IMG/VR virus record: IMGVR_UViG_3300037485_001404
Location: 11,235-75,234 of that record
Length of the DNA: 64,000 nucleotides
Source of the DNA: a virus
Strand: one strand, 5' to 3'
Made by a program: the position numbers and the translations under genes. The notes under the pieces were generated by a model. That model searched no databases and was not told the DNA's origin. It worked only from the letters and a program-made list of their open reading frames with translations. Positions 10,901 through 20,857 of the stretch are shown piece after piece. How positions within the stretch are numbered: position 1 is the stretch's first letter; the number at the start of each line of letters is the position of its first letter.

Positions 10901-11831
10901 GTCTTTGAAGCGACGATTCAAAATCCCCGCCGAACAATCCCGAAGAGAAATTGAGAGAGTTTTCAACTTCTGATTTAATAGTGTCCGCACCCAACTGCGA
11001 CAACTCCAATGCAGTGTATCCGGTGTCTCCCCTATCTCCGTACCATTTGAGATCTGTTTCATTTCCGGGAATCCCCATCATCCTTTCATATTGACGCTTG
11101 GATTGGAAAATCCCAGAGATATCTCCGGTATGATCCATTGCTGCCAACTGTTCCATAGCTGCTCTAGCTTCGGATGAATCACCTTTTCCGCTCTTATTCA
11201 AGTTGTCCAGGGTGTCCATAGCTTGATTGATGTAAGAAGCTGTCTCCGGGTCTTTCGAGAACATTTCCCCTACTACATCTTGGAAACTCTTCGCTACTGC
11301 CTTGCCCCCAACCATTTTGGTGTAAGGACTGAGGACCTCCTGAAGTCTTTTCTGTTCTTCTTGCTTTTGTCTGACAACAGGGTCTACGCTACTTTCGGTG
11401 ATATCCTGAATAGAGTATTCTCCACTCGGATTTACCGTGAACATAGATTTGTCAGACATACCTACAGAGGTAGCGCCTTTCGTGAGTAATTGATTCACTC
11501 TTTCCTGCAGCACAAAGCCGAAAGAGCCAAGTCTGGACGCTACCCCTTGCACCTGGGCATGAAATTGACCTTGCTCGGTTTCCTGGAGCTTCTGCTGGGC
11601 TTTGTCGAGCTTCTCTCCCTGTTGCCCAAGAGTGCCTCTCTCAGGCGCTGAGGTTTCAGTTCCCTTGGGCTTGACCTCATTGGGTTGGTTCAAGTTTGCA
11701 GGGTGCCTTGCGCCTTGCATTCGCTGCTGGTGTGAGGTGAGTTCCCCACCGGCAGGTTCACCTGGTGCTTGGGCCTCCTCTTCCCCCGTGAATCCGGGTG
11801 CAGCCCATTTTGATCTATCGGTTAATGCCAT
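7947..11831 (-). CDS. Large putative internal virion protein
   Basis: 1294 aa, helical, Ala/Glu-rich low-complexity C-terminus, AGAGG RBS. Confidence 0.7.
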   Translation of the reverse strand: MALTDRSKWAAPGFTGEEEAQAPGEPAGGELTSHQQRMQGARHPANLNQPNEVKPKGTETSAPERGTLGQQGEKLDKAQQKLQETEQGQFHAQVQGVASRLGSFGFVLQERVNQLLTKGATSVGMSDKSMFTVNPSGEYSIQDITESSVDPVVRQKQEEQKRLQEVLSPYTKMVGGKAVAKSFQDVVGEMFSKDPETASYINQAMDTLDNLNKSGKGDSSEARAAMEQLAAMDHTGDISGIFQSKRQYERMMGIPGNETDLKWYGDRGDTGYTALELSQLGADTIKSEVENSLNFSSGLFGGDFESSLQRLFDTESADIRESNRKKEAIRNQMSAGFESFVDEAGGQFADARKKYEDSFTAIGKAIVDDLQKSGKTIEAQMWAEAVQGGNLSGTLYSMLNDPDSGMSADQRKEITKFIGKAGEQTGNQLFSWLNSLQQTGSITVVTKDSQGKDREVQISPDARQQLDILRVMNDPKLTPEQKQAELKTLVKQMAVNPGQTIGSIVQAGIAEATRTNNLDAGLETMKTSLVESLKTFAGSLTENAVRSAMGIDDATWSKMSDEQKQNQVAQTLKDNPGLIEGKASEIFSKAREIKTRYDQSIKTAKDNLTKRNEAIDKEATFDEKGELTGGRLKGLSDTNASFLSNLPGEISRQVVTTLGSGFDLYRKGLGVNPVVAASIASGKIDPKELGDIAMSYSYRDAIKSIQEQSPELYNLILQSAGVAVNASTYTSAIESAIRSGDTSELLGITDRIKAFQQLPPDKLSEIFQRYILQARKLPIPEGPAESQPWQAALRLRIEQADLNRKAIDDGLAKAKAAKAETTTTGATIDNMANKFDGSIFSPDQLMKYALETGKQQELGTAGMTLGVQPEVLQSLKIDPASISQINGVPYVKMGDGKYQPLDEAILTGIITEFNIPVAAQEYGPVRVGVQGPETADIGITAPPVVPETKTTTTTTVDEKPPRERIDKQQTVEEKPKKEINPGMSEQEYKDTFGEEATEQLKVDAEVEDTPIKWGDEKETSDTDETERAVDAEQEADTERTMHREGEEEGLEVAPATPGPVGSPTADSGSLAEFLEKSRAAAAKAAEDKAATDKAATDKAATDKAAEDAKWDAFIKQKEKEADERDAAKAAAKTASDEAFAAAAASGASIRAAEAAAEEAARNSLIASEKKVAEDKEAARIAAASSNTVAVADPYGGNSAVRAIVENAVAAAEAERVAAAEEAARAWRAEEVPDAYVPQVPWGTTAKETDITEEEEDPYRERNTPKNRSSSGGEQSGGRDKSIGGGSRRAEGRNT
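8518..8577. repeat. 15-bp coding tandem repeat (GCTGCTTTATCAGTA x3 plus one degenerate copy; encodes KAATD repeats)
   Basis: Read directly from the sequence. Confidence 0.9.
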
Positions 11832-11843
11832 TATTGCACCTCT

Positions 11844-12362
11844 TTAGATTACGGTTACAGTAACAGTGTCCAATGCAAGTGGTACCACTGTTACATTATC
11901 ACAATTGACTTCAGACTCAAGAGTCACCAAGTTACCATTGACATATTTAACAACTCTAGTCTGGGTACCAAATCTTAAAGTATCTTTGACATAGAGCTGT
12001 CTAACGTCTTCAAACTGAATCTGACTCTTAAATCCAGACTGTCCGGGAGTAAGCCTAAAAGAAATGAGTCTACAGTTTATAGTAGTAAAAGTTGTGCTAG
12101 AAGCTCTCAGCACACAACACTCTACTCTCCCCATAGTAGTTATTCTACTAGAAACTACACCAAGATTGTGAAAGACTTGAACATCTGTGGTATCCTGAAT
12201 AGGAATGGTAGCTGTATACTCCGCAACATCGGGGCCTACCTTCTGTTTATGGAGATTAGATTCCACAAGGTATTTAATGACTCGATTATAGTTGAACAGA
12301 AATTGTATAAACCAAGTAGGTTCTACTCCCTCTGCTGCAAATGGCGCTCCATCAAATTTCAT
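11844..12362 (-). CDS. Hypothetical tail-associated protein
   Basis: 172 aa, beta-rich, VFHNLG motif common in small phage tail proteins; coupled to the 1835-aa gene. Confidence 0.55.
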   Translation of the reverse strand: MKFDGAPFAAEGVEPTWFIQFLFNYNRVIKYLVESNLHKQKVGPDVAEYTATIPIQDTTDVQVFHNLGVVSSRITTMGRVECCVLRASSTTFTTINCRLISFRLTPGQSGFKSQIQFEDVRQLYVKDTLRFGTQTRVVKYVNGNLVTLESEVNCDNVTVVPLALDTVTVTVI

Positions 12363-15300
12363 CGATCACCACTCCTTGTGTCTTTCTGAGGTACAAGTCT
12401 TGTGTTAAGCAATAGTCCTTCGACGCTGATATGGTAGATAGGACAGTCTGTATCCGCCGATTCTTCGCGTAGGATAAAAGCAATTTGAGCCGTTCGTTTT
12501 CCGAGTGTATCTCTGAGGGTTTTAACATATCGGTCTGTACCGTAAATTGGATTTGTTCCATTAGTGTCTGCACCTAGTATATTATAAGTTTCTAGTGGCG
12601 TTTCGGTGGTACTGTAGTTCTCAGAATAATACACGGCCATGGAGAAATCGCTAGTATTACCAAACTGGAAGATAGCATTTCTCCAGAATTTGAATTTGAT
12701 ATTGGCTGCTTCTCCTCCTTGGTAAGCCTCCTGTGCAGGAGCATTAGGGGTGTATCTGGTCCTCAGTGCAAAAGGAATAGGTGAATCATAGTCATTGTAC
12801 CGAGTGAGTTCGGTCTCGGTTCTCATTTTACCGACGAATCCTCGGGTGGAGGCAAAATAGTATCTACCGTCCCTTTCAACCCATCGGAGGGCATCGATAC
12901 GAGTATTCACTAACCAACCAAGTACACCGTCATTATAAGAATAATTATACTGAGCATCGGGGTGGCAAATATGGTCACTGTAGGGACTGACGTATGGCGC
13001 TCCTAGATAGACATTCTTGCTATAGGTATCTGTGTACCCCGCTGCCAAGGAGAAGAGGGTTCTGTCTTTGATGGTGTATTCATCGAAAACCTTATTCAGT
13101 TTGAACATAGGCTCTACGTTCACACCATCGGTGTAATGAGGTCCTGTGTCATGGAGGAAATAGCAGTAGGAATCTGTCACTGGTAGATTGTAATGACTGA
13201 ATGCTCCAACTGTAGTCTGAAGCCTCTTTACGGTATAATCCAACAACGCTTCACCGAAAGTCACAGCATATATGGAGTTGGACTTGAACATCAGTGCTTG
13301 AGACTGAAAGGGTGTTCCACCTGTAAGCTGTGTACCATCTTGTGATCCTAAATCATGATAGGCATCTTGTTTGAAAGTAGGGATGAAGTTGTTGATTATG
13401 GAACTAGAGATAGCTGCTGTCCAGACGAATGCGTTAGGGTAATTATCTACTCTATACGTGAAAGTTGTTGCCACATAATCGGCTTTAGCTTTCTCTATCG
13501 TAACATCAAACGGATCTCCGGGGGAAGGGCGAATAGCCGCATTTATTTGATAGCTTTCAGGGTCTCCCCTGAACTTAAATACGATAGAGTCGAAGATTTC
13601 TGAGGTACCAGTGTTATGGTAGATTTCTGGGTAGGCCCTGTATACCTCCATTCTTCTTTTTTGGGAATTCGGCGATACCATTGAAAGCACGAAGAATGAA
13701 TTCGCAGAGAGGTCTATCTCATATCCATTATTCTTCCCGTAAGAAGAGTGGATGTATTCCCGTAAACCTAAATCAGAATCCGCAACCGCTACATCTTGAT
13801 AATCCAAAGTACCTATAGCGGCAGAAAATCTCTTGGAGATCTGGACTAAAGGATTGTTGGTCAACAAAGGATTCGCCGTAAAGTAAGGTAAAGCTAAATC
13901 AGACAGACTTTCAGCTAACCCTAACTTATATGGAACAGGGACAGGGAACACTCCAGGAGTATCGGCAATAATAACATGACTCATTGAGATAGAGGTTATG
14001 CTTGGGGCGAAGTCGGGGTATATCCCCTGTTGAATATCGAAGCTGGACGCTAGGACAAGAGTATTTCCGCCATCCTTGACTTCGCGGACGATGTACCAAC
14101 CTGAAAGCTCCATACACACAGAGTTGTAATCTTTACCCCTAATAATCAAGAATGCTCCGCATTCAGGCGACGGACTAGCTCCAGATATCGGGAATTCTAA
14201 AAGAAAACAAGTATTAAGATAACTGGGTGCGAATTTCTTTGTCGCATTGACTGCAAAAGAACTTGCACCGAAACTGAGAGAAGTAGCTACTGCTTGGGTC
14301 CAAAGCTCAAAACTGTTCAAGATTCTAACTTTTATCTCATTCTCGCTAATCCTAGTATCTATCTGCATAGCAACATCTAGACTAGGGTAGTTAGAGGGAA
14401 TCTTTGCTGCGTCTGCATCTGAGAGAACAAGATTCAAATAATCGCCAGCGGGAAAACCAGTTACATTCCCTATGCCGACAGCTTGGATATTCAGGAACAA
14501 CGAAGGGACTGAAAACCCAGTAACTGCCGTCACATCCAAATACGCCAGGGTATTTCCGAAGATGGACATACTATATCCAGGGAGAGCTGGCTCGCTAACG
14601 GTTTGACTCGGGTAGATAGGAGACACTACAGAAACTACCGTAGCTCCTACCACATTTGACAATCTGACAGGGGTTAACTCCAGCCGAGATACAGGCCCGA
14701 ACCCTGTCACAGATGCTGCTGCTGAAGTGAAAGTCAGTCTAGACTCCCAATCCAATATCTCTGAATCATCCCCTGACTTGTATCCGCCAAGTCTACCAGG
14801 TCCTTGGATTACTAGTACTTTACTAGTAAGGGAACTTATTACCCCAGAAGCGGAAGGAGAAAAGGTTAGATAGGTCTTACTACCTGTATTATCATTCACA
14901 CATTCCACATAGGCATCTTTACTTAATACCTCTGCAGCGGTATACGCTTGAATGAAATCAAACGCAGTGAGGGAATGCCCGTTTAGAATTCTAGGTTTCA
15001 AAGCGGCATCAAGATTCTCATCTGTCCACTTAGTTGTTGCTTCAAGCACTACATCTGAAGAAGATGCGTCAGTCCTTCTAGTAAACACATCTCCAAGGAA
15101 ATCTATAGAGGTCCCCCTTGGAAAATCCTTGGAAGTAGCTCTAAGCTTCAACTTAAGAGCGGTAGTTGCATGAGCCAGTCCCAAATAGAACTGTTGAGAT
15201 AGGTCATTGTACACCACAACCGGACTTGCTATGACGTGAAGTCCGGCTACCAGTGAGATCTTGAAGGATGTGAAATCGGAGAAACCCGAAGCGGCAGTTT

Positions 15301-17866
15301 GTGCCGGAAAACCCGAAGCCGCAGCTCTATTTGCCACTACAAGCCCAGTCCCTGGGTCTAATCCAAAAGGCATTGTCTGAAGGGTTAACTGGAAATTATC
15401 ATTGAATGGAATAGGGTTCGATGTCTCTGCTACGTAGGCAGATCCGGGAAAGTTAGGTAGAAATACGGAGAGGCTGGCATATGCCTTGAAGTATCCTGCA
15501 AGGGTAGTTGTAGTATGGAATACCCCTAATGGCTCTATGATGAAATAAGGATGGCTTGAAATATTAAGCCCTATCAACCTATTTCCAGCGGAAAGAAGAT
15601 ATTTACATCTTGGAGCTGGTACGTTGTTACCTTCATCCAGAATATACAGTTTTCTTCTCTCTGCAGGATTGAAGAATTCTGTCTCACCTATAGTAAAAGT
15701 GAATTTGTTATGCGGAACCCCGGTCAATACCGTTTTCTCAAGTCTGTAATTGAGTTGTGCATCCGCTAATGGGTCTAGGGCATTCCTGTAGACATTCAAG
15801 GATACTGGATAGAACATACCCCTAGAAGTTGGGGGTGCTTTTACACAGACTTCGACCAGTTCGGCATAATTGCTACCGTCCCTCGCTGCCTGGGGAGTAA
15901 AAACCACCTCTCCGGGTTCTGTAGACCTAGACTCGTAGGTCCTACCCAGAGAATCCACATAGGAGTAGGTAAAACACAGATCTATTTTCTCACCTATCCT
16001 GGCATTTGCTCCATATTGACTAGACGGGATGTTACTTCTGGTCCCAGGGATAGACCTGATAGAGATTAACTCCGGTTTCGGGATATTCTCACAGGCTAGA
16101 GAATCACCAAGCAACCTCCAAGGACTTCCGTCAGAAGAAACGTGACACAGTGAATCAGCAAAAGCTATGGAACTCTGGACTGAGGTATTGTCAAGTAATT
16201 CTCCGGTCTGATATTCAGAAGAAAATGGTATAAAGGCACTCGATAGCAGGTGTATCAGATCCCACATAGCCCCAAAATACAGCGTATCTGTGGAGCTAAA
16301 TGTTACCTCTCTGTCGAGATACGCATTTGTCAAATCTGTGCTAATGATTCGATAGGTAGGAGTATCCTCACTATCGCTGTTAAAAGAAAGGGTTAAACCT
16401 GTTATCAAACCACTCAGCGGTAAAGTTCTACTTGTACGAGTGACGTTGATCTTAGAATACAGGTATAGGTTTAGGGTGGTCCCAAGATAAGATACCTTAA
16501 TCGAGGGGGTTATCTCAACCACGGTAAAAGTAACTGAAGCTTTACTGCCTGAAGTTTGAATAATCTCATAGGTTAAAATATCACCGACGAGTAGTTTGGA
16601 AGCATTATTCAAATTCGAGGTTATGTCAAAATACCCGTCAATACCTGCCGTTACTGCTGCTGCCACGGCTACCCAAATATCGGCTAATAGGGTAGGGGCA
16701 GTAGGGAAGAACTCACTAAAATCCACCTCTCTAAACAGATTACTGTTATTTGCGGCTACTAAGGTATTTAGATTTGTAGCTAGATTCAAATATGAGGCTA
16801 GGGATTGTATTCTCCCTGCATTTAATCCTAACCCATACATGAACCTATTGAGGCCACTTGCGGTATTAGATCCTATTAGAGTTATAGGTGAAATGTAGAA
16901 ACGAAATGTAGTGCTATCAACAGCAGCACCACTACTTCTTATCAGTTTGAAGTTCTGACCGGAAACGTACGCCATCCTGAAATAATTCTTGACTACAGTA
17001 AATCCTGTTCCAAAGGTGCTAGCACCAGTACACCCGATTACAATTGTCCTACTTGCATGGGTGTTAGAGATTACTTTCTGACCGGAAAGATTATAAGTCC
17101 CTACTATCATTGCAGGAGACCCTACAGGAAAGAGATATCTTACATCATCCACTGTCCAAGTAGAAGCAAAGACAATAGTAGCTTGGGTATTTGCCACATT
17201 TACAGAAACAGAGGCAATATCCGACTCAACAACACAGTTTGGTTGAATTCCAACACATAGCTGTATCTGGTAACTAGCTGCAGTTACATCAACCGTACTG
17301 GACCCTGCGATAAATGCAGGGTAGGCTGCTGTCAGTACTACTCTCAGATTATTTGCGTCGCACTTAGAGATAACGAAATATCTTCTACTTAGAACTGCTG
17401 CAATTGGTATAGGGTATATGCTGGGATAGGTTAAAGAAGTAGAGGTACCTATCAGCATATGATTTGTAGAAAGAATTATTTCAGGGTAGTCCTCCCAATC
17501 TGTCCAATCTACAAGTACGTGCGTGCTAGTCAAATCTCTAGTGGACTGATACCCGAGATATTTGTCTAGTGAGGCTGATATCATTCCTGTATTGTATGGA
17601 ATGAATTTGAGGTCTGGTACGGCTATGGCCTCCCATTCGAGTTCTAGGACTGTCGATACTCCGGTATTGTAATGAACTCTAGCCGGAAACTCACATCCGT
17701 ATTGCCCATATCCTGGTCTTTTCTTGATAACCCCTTTAGTGGAGATATCGGCATTTTCCATAAGATCGCAGTATCCGTCCGGGATAGCAGTGACAGCAGA
17801 GCTTCCATCAATCCCGTGGGAGGAATCAATGGTGAAAATAGTATTAGGGTCTTGTTGAACTCCCAT
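12359..17866 (-). CDS. Tail tubular/nozzle (stabilisation) protein-like, unusually long
   Basis: N-terminus GIDGSSAVTAIPDGYCDLMENADISTKGVIKKRPGY matches the typical start of podophage nozzle proteins; beta-rich; follows the adaptor gene. Confidence 0.65.
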   Translation of the reverse strand: MGVQQDPNTIFTIDSSHGIDGSSAVTAIPDGYCDLMENADISTKGVIKKRPGYGQYGCEFPARVHYNTGVSTVLELEWEAIAVPDLKFIPYNTGMISASLDKYLGYQSTRDLTSTHVLVDWTDWEDYPEIILSTNHMLIGTSTSLTYPSIYPIPIAAVLSRRYFVISKCDANNLRVVLTAAYPAFIAGSSTVDVTAASYQIQLCVGIQPNCVVESDIASVSVNVANTQATIVFASTWTVDDVRYLFPVGSPAMIVGTYNLSGQKVISNTHASRTIVIGCTGASTFGTGFTVVKNYFRMAYVSGQNFKLIRSSGAAVDSTTFRFYISPITLIGSNTASGLNRFMYGLGLNAGRIQSLASYLNLATNLNTLVAANNSNLFREVDFSEFFPTAPTLLADIWVAVAAAVTAGIDGYFDITSNLNNASKLLVGDILTYEIIQTSGSKASVTFTVVEITPSIKVSYLGTTLNLYLYSKINVTRTSRTLPLSGLITGLTLSFNSDSEDTPTYRIISTDLTNAYLDREVTFSSTDTLYFGAMWDLIHLLSSAFIPFSSEYQTGELLDNTSVQSSIAFADSLCHVSSDGSPWRLLGDSLACENIPKPELISIRSIPGTRSNIPSSQYGANARIGEKIDLCFTYSYVDSLGRTYESRSTEPGEVVFTPQAARDGSNYAELVEVCVKAPPTSRGMFYPVSLNVYRNALDPLADAQLNYRLEKTVLTGVPHNKFTFTIGETEFFNPAERRKLYILDEGNNVPAPRCKYLLSAGNRLIGLNISSHPYFIIEPLGVFHTTTTLAGYFKAYASLSVFLPNFPGSAYVAETSNPIPFNDNFQLTLQTMPFGLDPGTGLVVANRAAASGFPAQTAASGFSDFTSFKISLVAGLHVIASPVVVYNDLSQQFYLGLAHATTALKLKLRATSKDFPRGTSIDFLGDVFTRRTDASSSDVVLEATTKWTDENLDAALKPRILNGHSLTAFDFIQAYTAAEVLSKDAYVECVNDNTGSKTYLTFSPSASGVISSLTSKVLVIQGPGRLGGYKSGDDSEILDWESRLTFTSAAASVTGFGPVSRLELTPVRLSNVVGATVVSVVSPIYPSQTVSEPALPGYSMSIFGNTLAYLDVTAVTGFSVPSLFLNIQAVGIGNVTGFPAGDYLNLVLSDADAAKIPSNYPSLDVAMQIDTRISENEIKVRILNSFELWTQAVATSLSFGASSFAVNATKKFAPSYLNTCFLLEFPISGASPSPECGAFLIIRGKDYNSVCMELSGWYIVREVKDGGNTLVLASSFDIQQGIYPDFAPSITSISMSHVIIADTPGVFPVPVPYKLGLAESLSDLALPYFTANPLLTNNPLVQISKRFSAAIGTLDYQDVAVADSDLGLREYIHSSYGKNNGYEIDLSANSFFVLSMVSPNSQKRRMEVYRAYPEIYHNTGTSEIFDSIVFKFRGDPESYQINAAIRPSPGDPFDVTIEKAKADYVATTFTYRVDNYPNAFVWTAAISSSIINNFIPTFKQDAYHDLGSQDGTQLTGGTPFQSQALMFKSNSIYAVTFGEALLDYTVKRLQTTVGAFSHYNLPVTDSYCYFLHDTGPHYTDGVNVEPMFKLNKVFDEYTIKDRTLFSLAAGYTDTYSKNVYLGAPYVSPYSDHICHPDAQYNYSYNDGVLGWLVNTRIDALRWVERDGRYYFASTRGFVGKMRTETELTRYNDYDSPIPFALRTRYTPNAPAQEAYQGGEAANIKFKFWRNAIFQFGNTSDFSMAVYYSENYSTTETPLETYNILGADTNGTNPIYGTDRYVKTLRDTLGKRTAQIAFILREESADTDCPIYHISVEGLLLNTRLVPQKDTRSGDR

Positions 17867-18852
17867 TATCTCCTCCCGACAGGTCTGGATTGTGGGATAT
17901 TGTTGTACCTAGTTTTTCGGATGTGCTGACCCAAAACTCTACCGCCAGTATCGCCTTTGAGAGCTTCAAGTTGAAGCTTCAAAGTCTCCATCGCAGAAGG
18001 ATCTGTTTCGTTCAGAGCGCCACGGATTCTAAGGACAGCCCAATCAACGAGGAATTGATCAAAGGCTTCACCGAAGATAGAAGTGCCAGTGGTGTAACCA
18101 AAGGTCACATTATCATCCAACTCAGCAAGACCTGTCCATACCGCACCAGGAAGGGTACCGATAGGGTATGTAAGATATTGAGTTCTACCTGCTGGCGCTG
18201 TGGTTAAAGTGATTGTCTTAGCCACAGTGTCTACAGCATTGTAGCTGTACATTGCTTTGATTTCACCTGTGAGTTGATCACTGATAGAGATGAAAGCAAG
18301 AGAGGGGATAGCTTTATTTGTATTGATTCTAGAATCGTTCAAGCTTTCCACAGTGATAACATTAGTACCCAAAGCAGTAATACGTCCACCAAAGATACCC
18401 AGCATTGGGATTCTTCGATTGATGATTAGATGGGCAGTAAAGTCGGTAATAGGAAGCGGGTAAAGCCCAATAACATTGTTCATGATGGAGCATACTTGAG
18501 GGAAGTATGTTTTGATTTTACTTGAAATATAGGGATATGCTTCTTTTCTAGAAACGATAGGTATCCTAACGTATCCCCATGGAGTCTGAGATTCATGAAC
18601 TGGACTTGGAACTTCTACTTGCTCTATCCTTTTAGACCAAAGATTCTTGGGTAATTCATACTCAGATACGCCAGCGGTAACGGAAAGTAGATGCTCTTGA
18701 GCAAAAAGCATATCATTGCTTTTCACCATATGGTTGTAAGTATACCGATAGGCAGAGTTTATCAGTCTGAGGATATACTCATCGTCTACGGGGTTGGTAT
18801 CATATTCTAGACATTGATCCCTTATGGTGTTTACCAATTCTAATGTTTGCAT
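17866..18852 (-). CDS. Head-tail adaptor / tail tubular protein A-like
   Basis: N-terminal TLELVNTIRDQC...DEYILRLINSAY and VTAGVSEYELP motifs; position in the operon. Confidence 0.65.
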   Translation of the reverse strand: MQTLELVNTIRDQCLEYDTNPVDDEYILRLINSAYRYTYNHMVKSNDMLFAQEHLLSVTAGVSEYELPKNLWSKRIEQVEVPSPVHESQTPWGYVRIPIVSRKEAYPYISSKIKTYFPQVCSIMNNVIGLYPLPITDFTAHLIINRRIPMLGIFGGRITALGTNVITVESLNDSRINTNKAIPSLAFISISDQLTGEIKAMYSYNAVDTVAKTITLTTAPAGRTQYLTYPIGTLPGAVWTGLAELDDNVTFGYTTGTSIFGEAFDQFLVDWAVLRIRGALNETDPSAMETLKLQLEALKGDTGGRVLGQHIRKTRYNNIPQSRPVGRR

Positions 18853-20387
18853 TATTCTTCACCTCCTGTAGGAGTTTCTTCTTCTTTTCTCTTCTTACGC
18901 TCAGCTAACCACCCGGATAGTGCAGCACCCCCAAGGATTGCTGACCCACCATACTTCTTGAGATACTCTTGAACCTTCTCCTCTGGAATATCTTTTCCTT
19001 GTTCTCTAAGCTTATCGACAATACCTCTGATATTACCGCCTCGGGTATGTTCAATCTTGTGTGCTGGAATGCCACCAGTCTGATAGACTTTGACCCCAGT
19101 TTCTTCTGGGACTTCAGCTTCAAGAGCCTTGAGTGCATAGGGAGAGTTTCTGCCAGCAACATCTGAATAGAGATTGCCTCTAACTTCAGCTTGCTTTTTC
19201 ATCGCTTCCCTGATTACATTCTTACCAGCTGATCGTATCTTAGCGTAATCTTCCGGGTGTTCTCGAATGTATTCTTTCATGTTTCCATAATTTGCGAGGT
19301 CAGGGCCTAGATGGGTGTAGCTTGCAAAGGTTGCATCTGGGTCATAAGGGAAAGTAGGATGTACCCCTAGCTGCCCTACTACTATAGGCCATTCTTGCGA
19401 AGCTTCATCCGGCACTGATTGTATCATACCTCCTTTACTCATCATAGTTTTGCGGCCAGAGGTATTCTCTACGTCTAAAGGTATCCATTCACCGATGAAG
19501 TCAGGCCAAGGTCTTCCGGGCTGAACCTCCCTTAATTCTTCTGGGGATGGAGGTTTGCCCTCTCTATTCTTAATCTTTTCTATAGACCCTCGAATCCCTT
19601 TTTCTCTTCGCTCTTCTCTACCCTTAATCCTTCTGGCTTCACTCTCAGAAAGAGCTTCAAAATTTAATCTACTACCTCTTTCCCTATCAAGTACTCCACG
19701 GGCCTCAGGACGTTCAAAGATACTAAGAGGAGCGACTCCATCGACTGTGTGATCTATTTCGCTATTAGCTAATAGTTCTTCAGTTAATTCCTGTAATTCG
19801 GTCAGAGATACTCGATCCGTAAGTGCCGAGGATATTCTCTCCCTCGTCTCCGAATCAATGTTTAGTGGACGATCTGCATTCTCACGATAAACTATCCCCG
19901 CAAGTCTATCCCTAGCCTCTCCGATTAACGGGGTATCCCCCGTCATCGGGTTGGTGTTTCGATAAGTATAAGAGGTTCTCCTACCCGACAAGTCAAAGCT
20001 GTGAGAAGTTTGATTCTCAGGTATTGCGCCTTCAGCTACAAAATCAGGTCTTCTTCCGATTTCATCGAAATTAACCGTCATATCGCTCATAGGAACATCT
20101 GGCATAGTTTCATGAACAATAGGGATATCTTGAACCAACTGCGACGGAGTATTAGCTATGGCTCTAAGTCTATTCCTAACCCCTGTCAAATTACCGTGAG
20201 TTGGGTTATTCCTCACAGAGTTCATTAGCATTGAATATTCAGCGGTCTTGGGAGTATCATGTGCGAGCATTTCGATTTCACGCATGAGACTACGAACAGG
20301 GACATGTTCTGCGACCCTACCAGCAGCTCTAGCAACAGGTGCCATGTGCGGTACAGTAAATCGTCTGGGTCTTATGTTTACTGGCAT
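18852..20387 (-). CDS. Hypothetical protein (possibly virion-associated)
   Basis: ORF track gives 18852-20420. ATG 20387 has an AGAGG RBS and lies downstream of the terminator hairpin, so it is the likelier start. Confidence 0.6.
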   Translation of the reverse strand: MPVNIRPRRFTVPHMAPVARAAGRVAEHVPVRSLMREIEMLAHDTPKTAEYSMLMNSVRNNPTHGNLTGVRNRLRAIANTPSQLVQDIPIVHETMPDVPMSDMTVNFDEIGRRPDFVAEGAIPENQTSHSFDLSGRRTSYTYRNTNPMTGDTPLIGEARDRLAGIVYRENADRPLNIDSETRERISSALTDRVSLTELQELTEELLANSEIDHTVDGVAPLSIFERPEARGVLDRERGSRLNFEALSESEARRIKGREERREKGIRGSIEKIKNREGKPPSPEELREVQPGRPWPDFIGEWIPLDVENTSGRKTMMSKGGMIQSVPDEASQEWPIVVGQLGVHPTFPYDPDATFASYTHLGPDLANYGNMKEYIREHPEDYAKIRSAGKNVIREAMKKQAEVRGNLYSDVAGRNSPYALKALEAEVPEETGVKVYQTGGIPAHKIEHTRGGNIRGIVDKLREQGKDIPEEKVQEYLKKYGGSAILGGAALSGWLAERKKRKEEETPTGGEE

Positions 20388-20400
20388 AAGATATCCTCTA

Positions 20401-20437
20401 AAATAAAAGCTATCAGACAATTAAATATCTGATAGCT
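20401..20437 (-). terminator. Rho-independent terminator after the capsid genes
   Basis: AGCTATCAGA/TCTGATAGCT 10-bp stem (20408-20437) followed on the minus strand by TTTATTT. Confidence 0.7.
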
Positions 20438-20495
20438 CACGCATAGAGAGAGAGAGAAACAGCAATTAGTATCTAGACCTACCCATCTGAGATAC

Positions 20496-20855
20496 TTATA
20501 CCGGCATCTTCCCAGGGGGGATTGCAGCAGGTGCGCCTGCGCCCATAGCCCCAATTCCAGGTGCTACGTCCGGTCCCTTCGGAGGTGCCGTAAGGATAGC
20601 TTGGATCTGTGCCAGTTTGTCAGGGTCAACTTCAAACCCTGCCATGGTGAGAGCTTCAGCGAGTGGGTCTTGACCCATCATATCGCCTTCTCCTCCACCC
20701 ATGATATCTTGTCCCATGATATCGTCAATCTGGGATTCATCACCTTCAGGCTCTGCATGAGGAACAGCGCCCATATCATCAGCAGGATCATCAAGCATCA
20801 AGGGCTTATCTTTAGCCAAGCCAATAGGCTTTTTCTTAGCAGGAGGGAAAGCCAT
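20496..20855 (-). CDS. Hypothetical acidic Gly/Pro/Met-rich protein
   Basis: 119 aa, GGAGA RBS. Confidence 0.65.
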   Translation of the reverse strand: MAFPPAKKKPIGLAKDKPLMLDDPADDMGAVPHAEPEGDESQIDDIMGQDIMGGGEGDMMGQDPLAEALTMAGFEVDPDKLAQIQAILTAPPKGPDVAPGIGAMGAGAPAAIPPGKMPV

Positions 20856-20857
20856 TG

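Noticed and set aside
20388-20420. Track start (TTG 20420) of the 522-aa ORF
   Set aside because: It lies within the terminator hairpin; ATG 20387 has the RBS.
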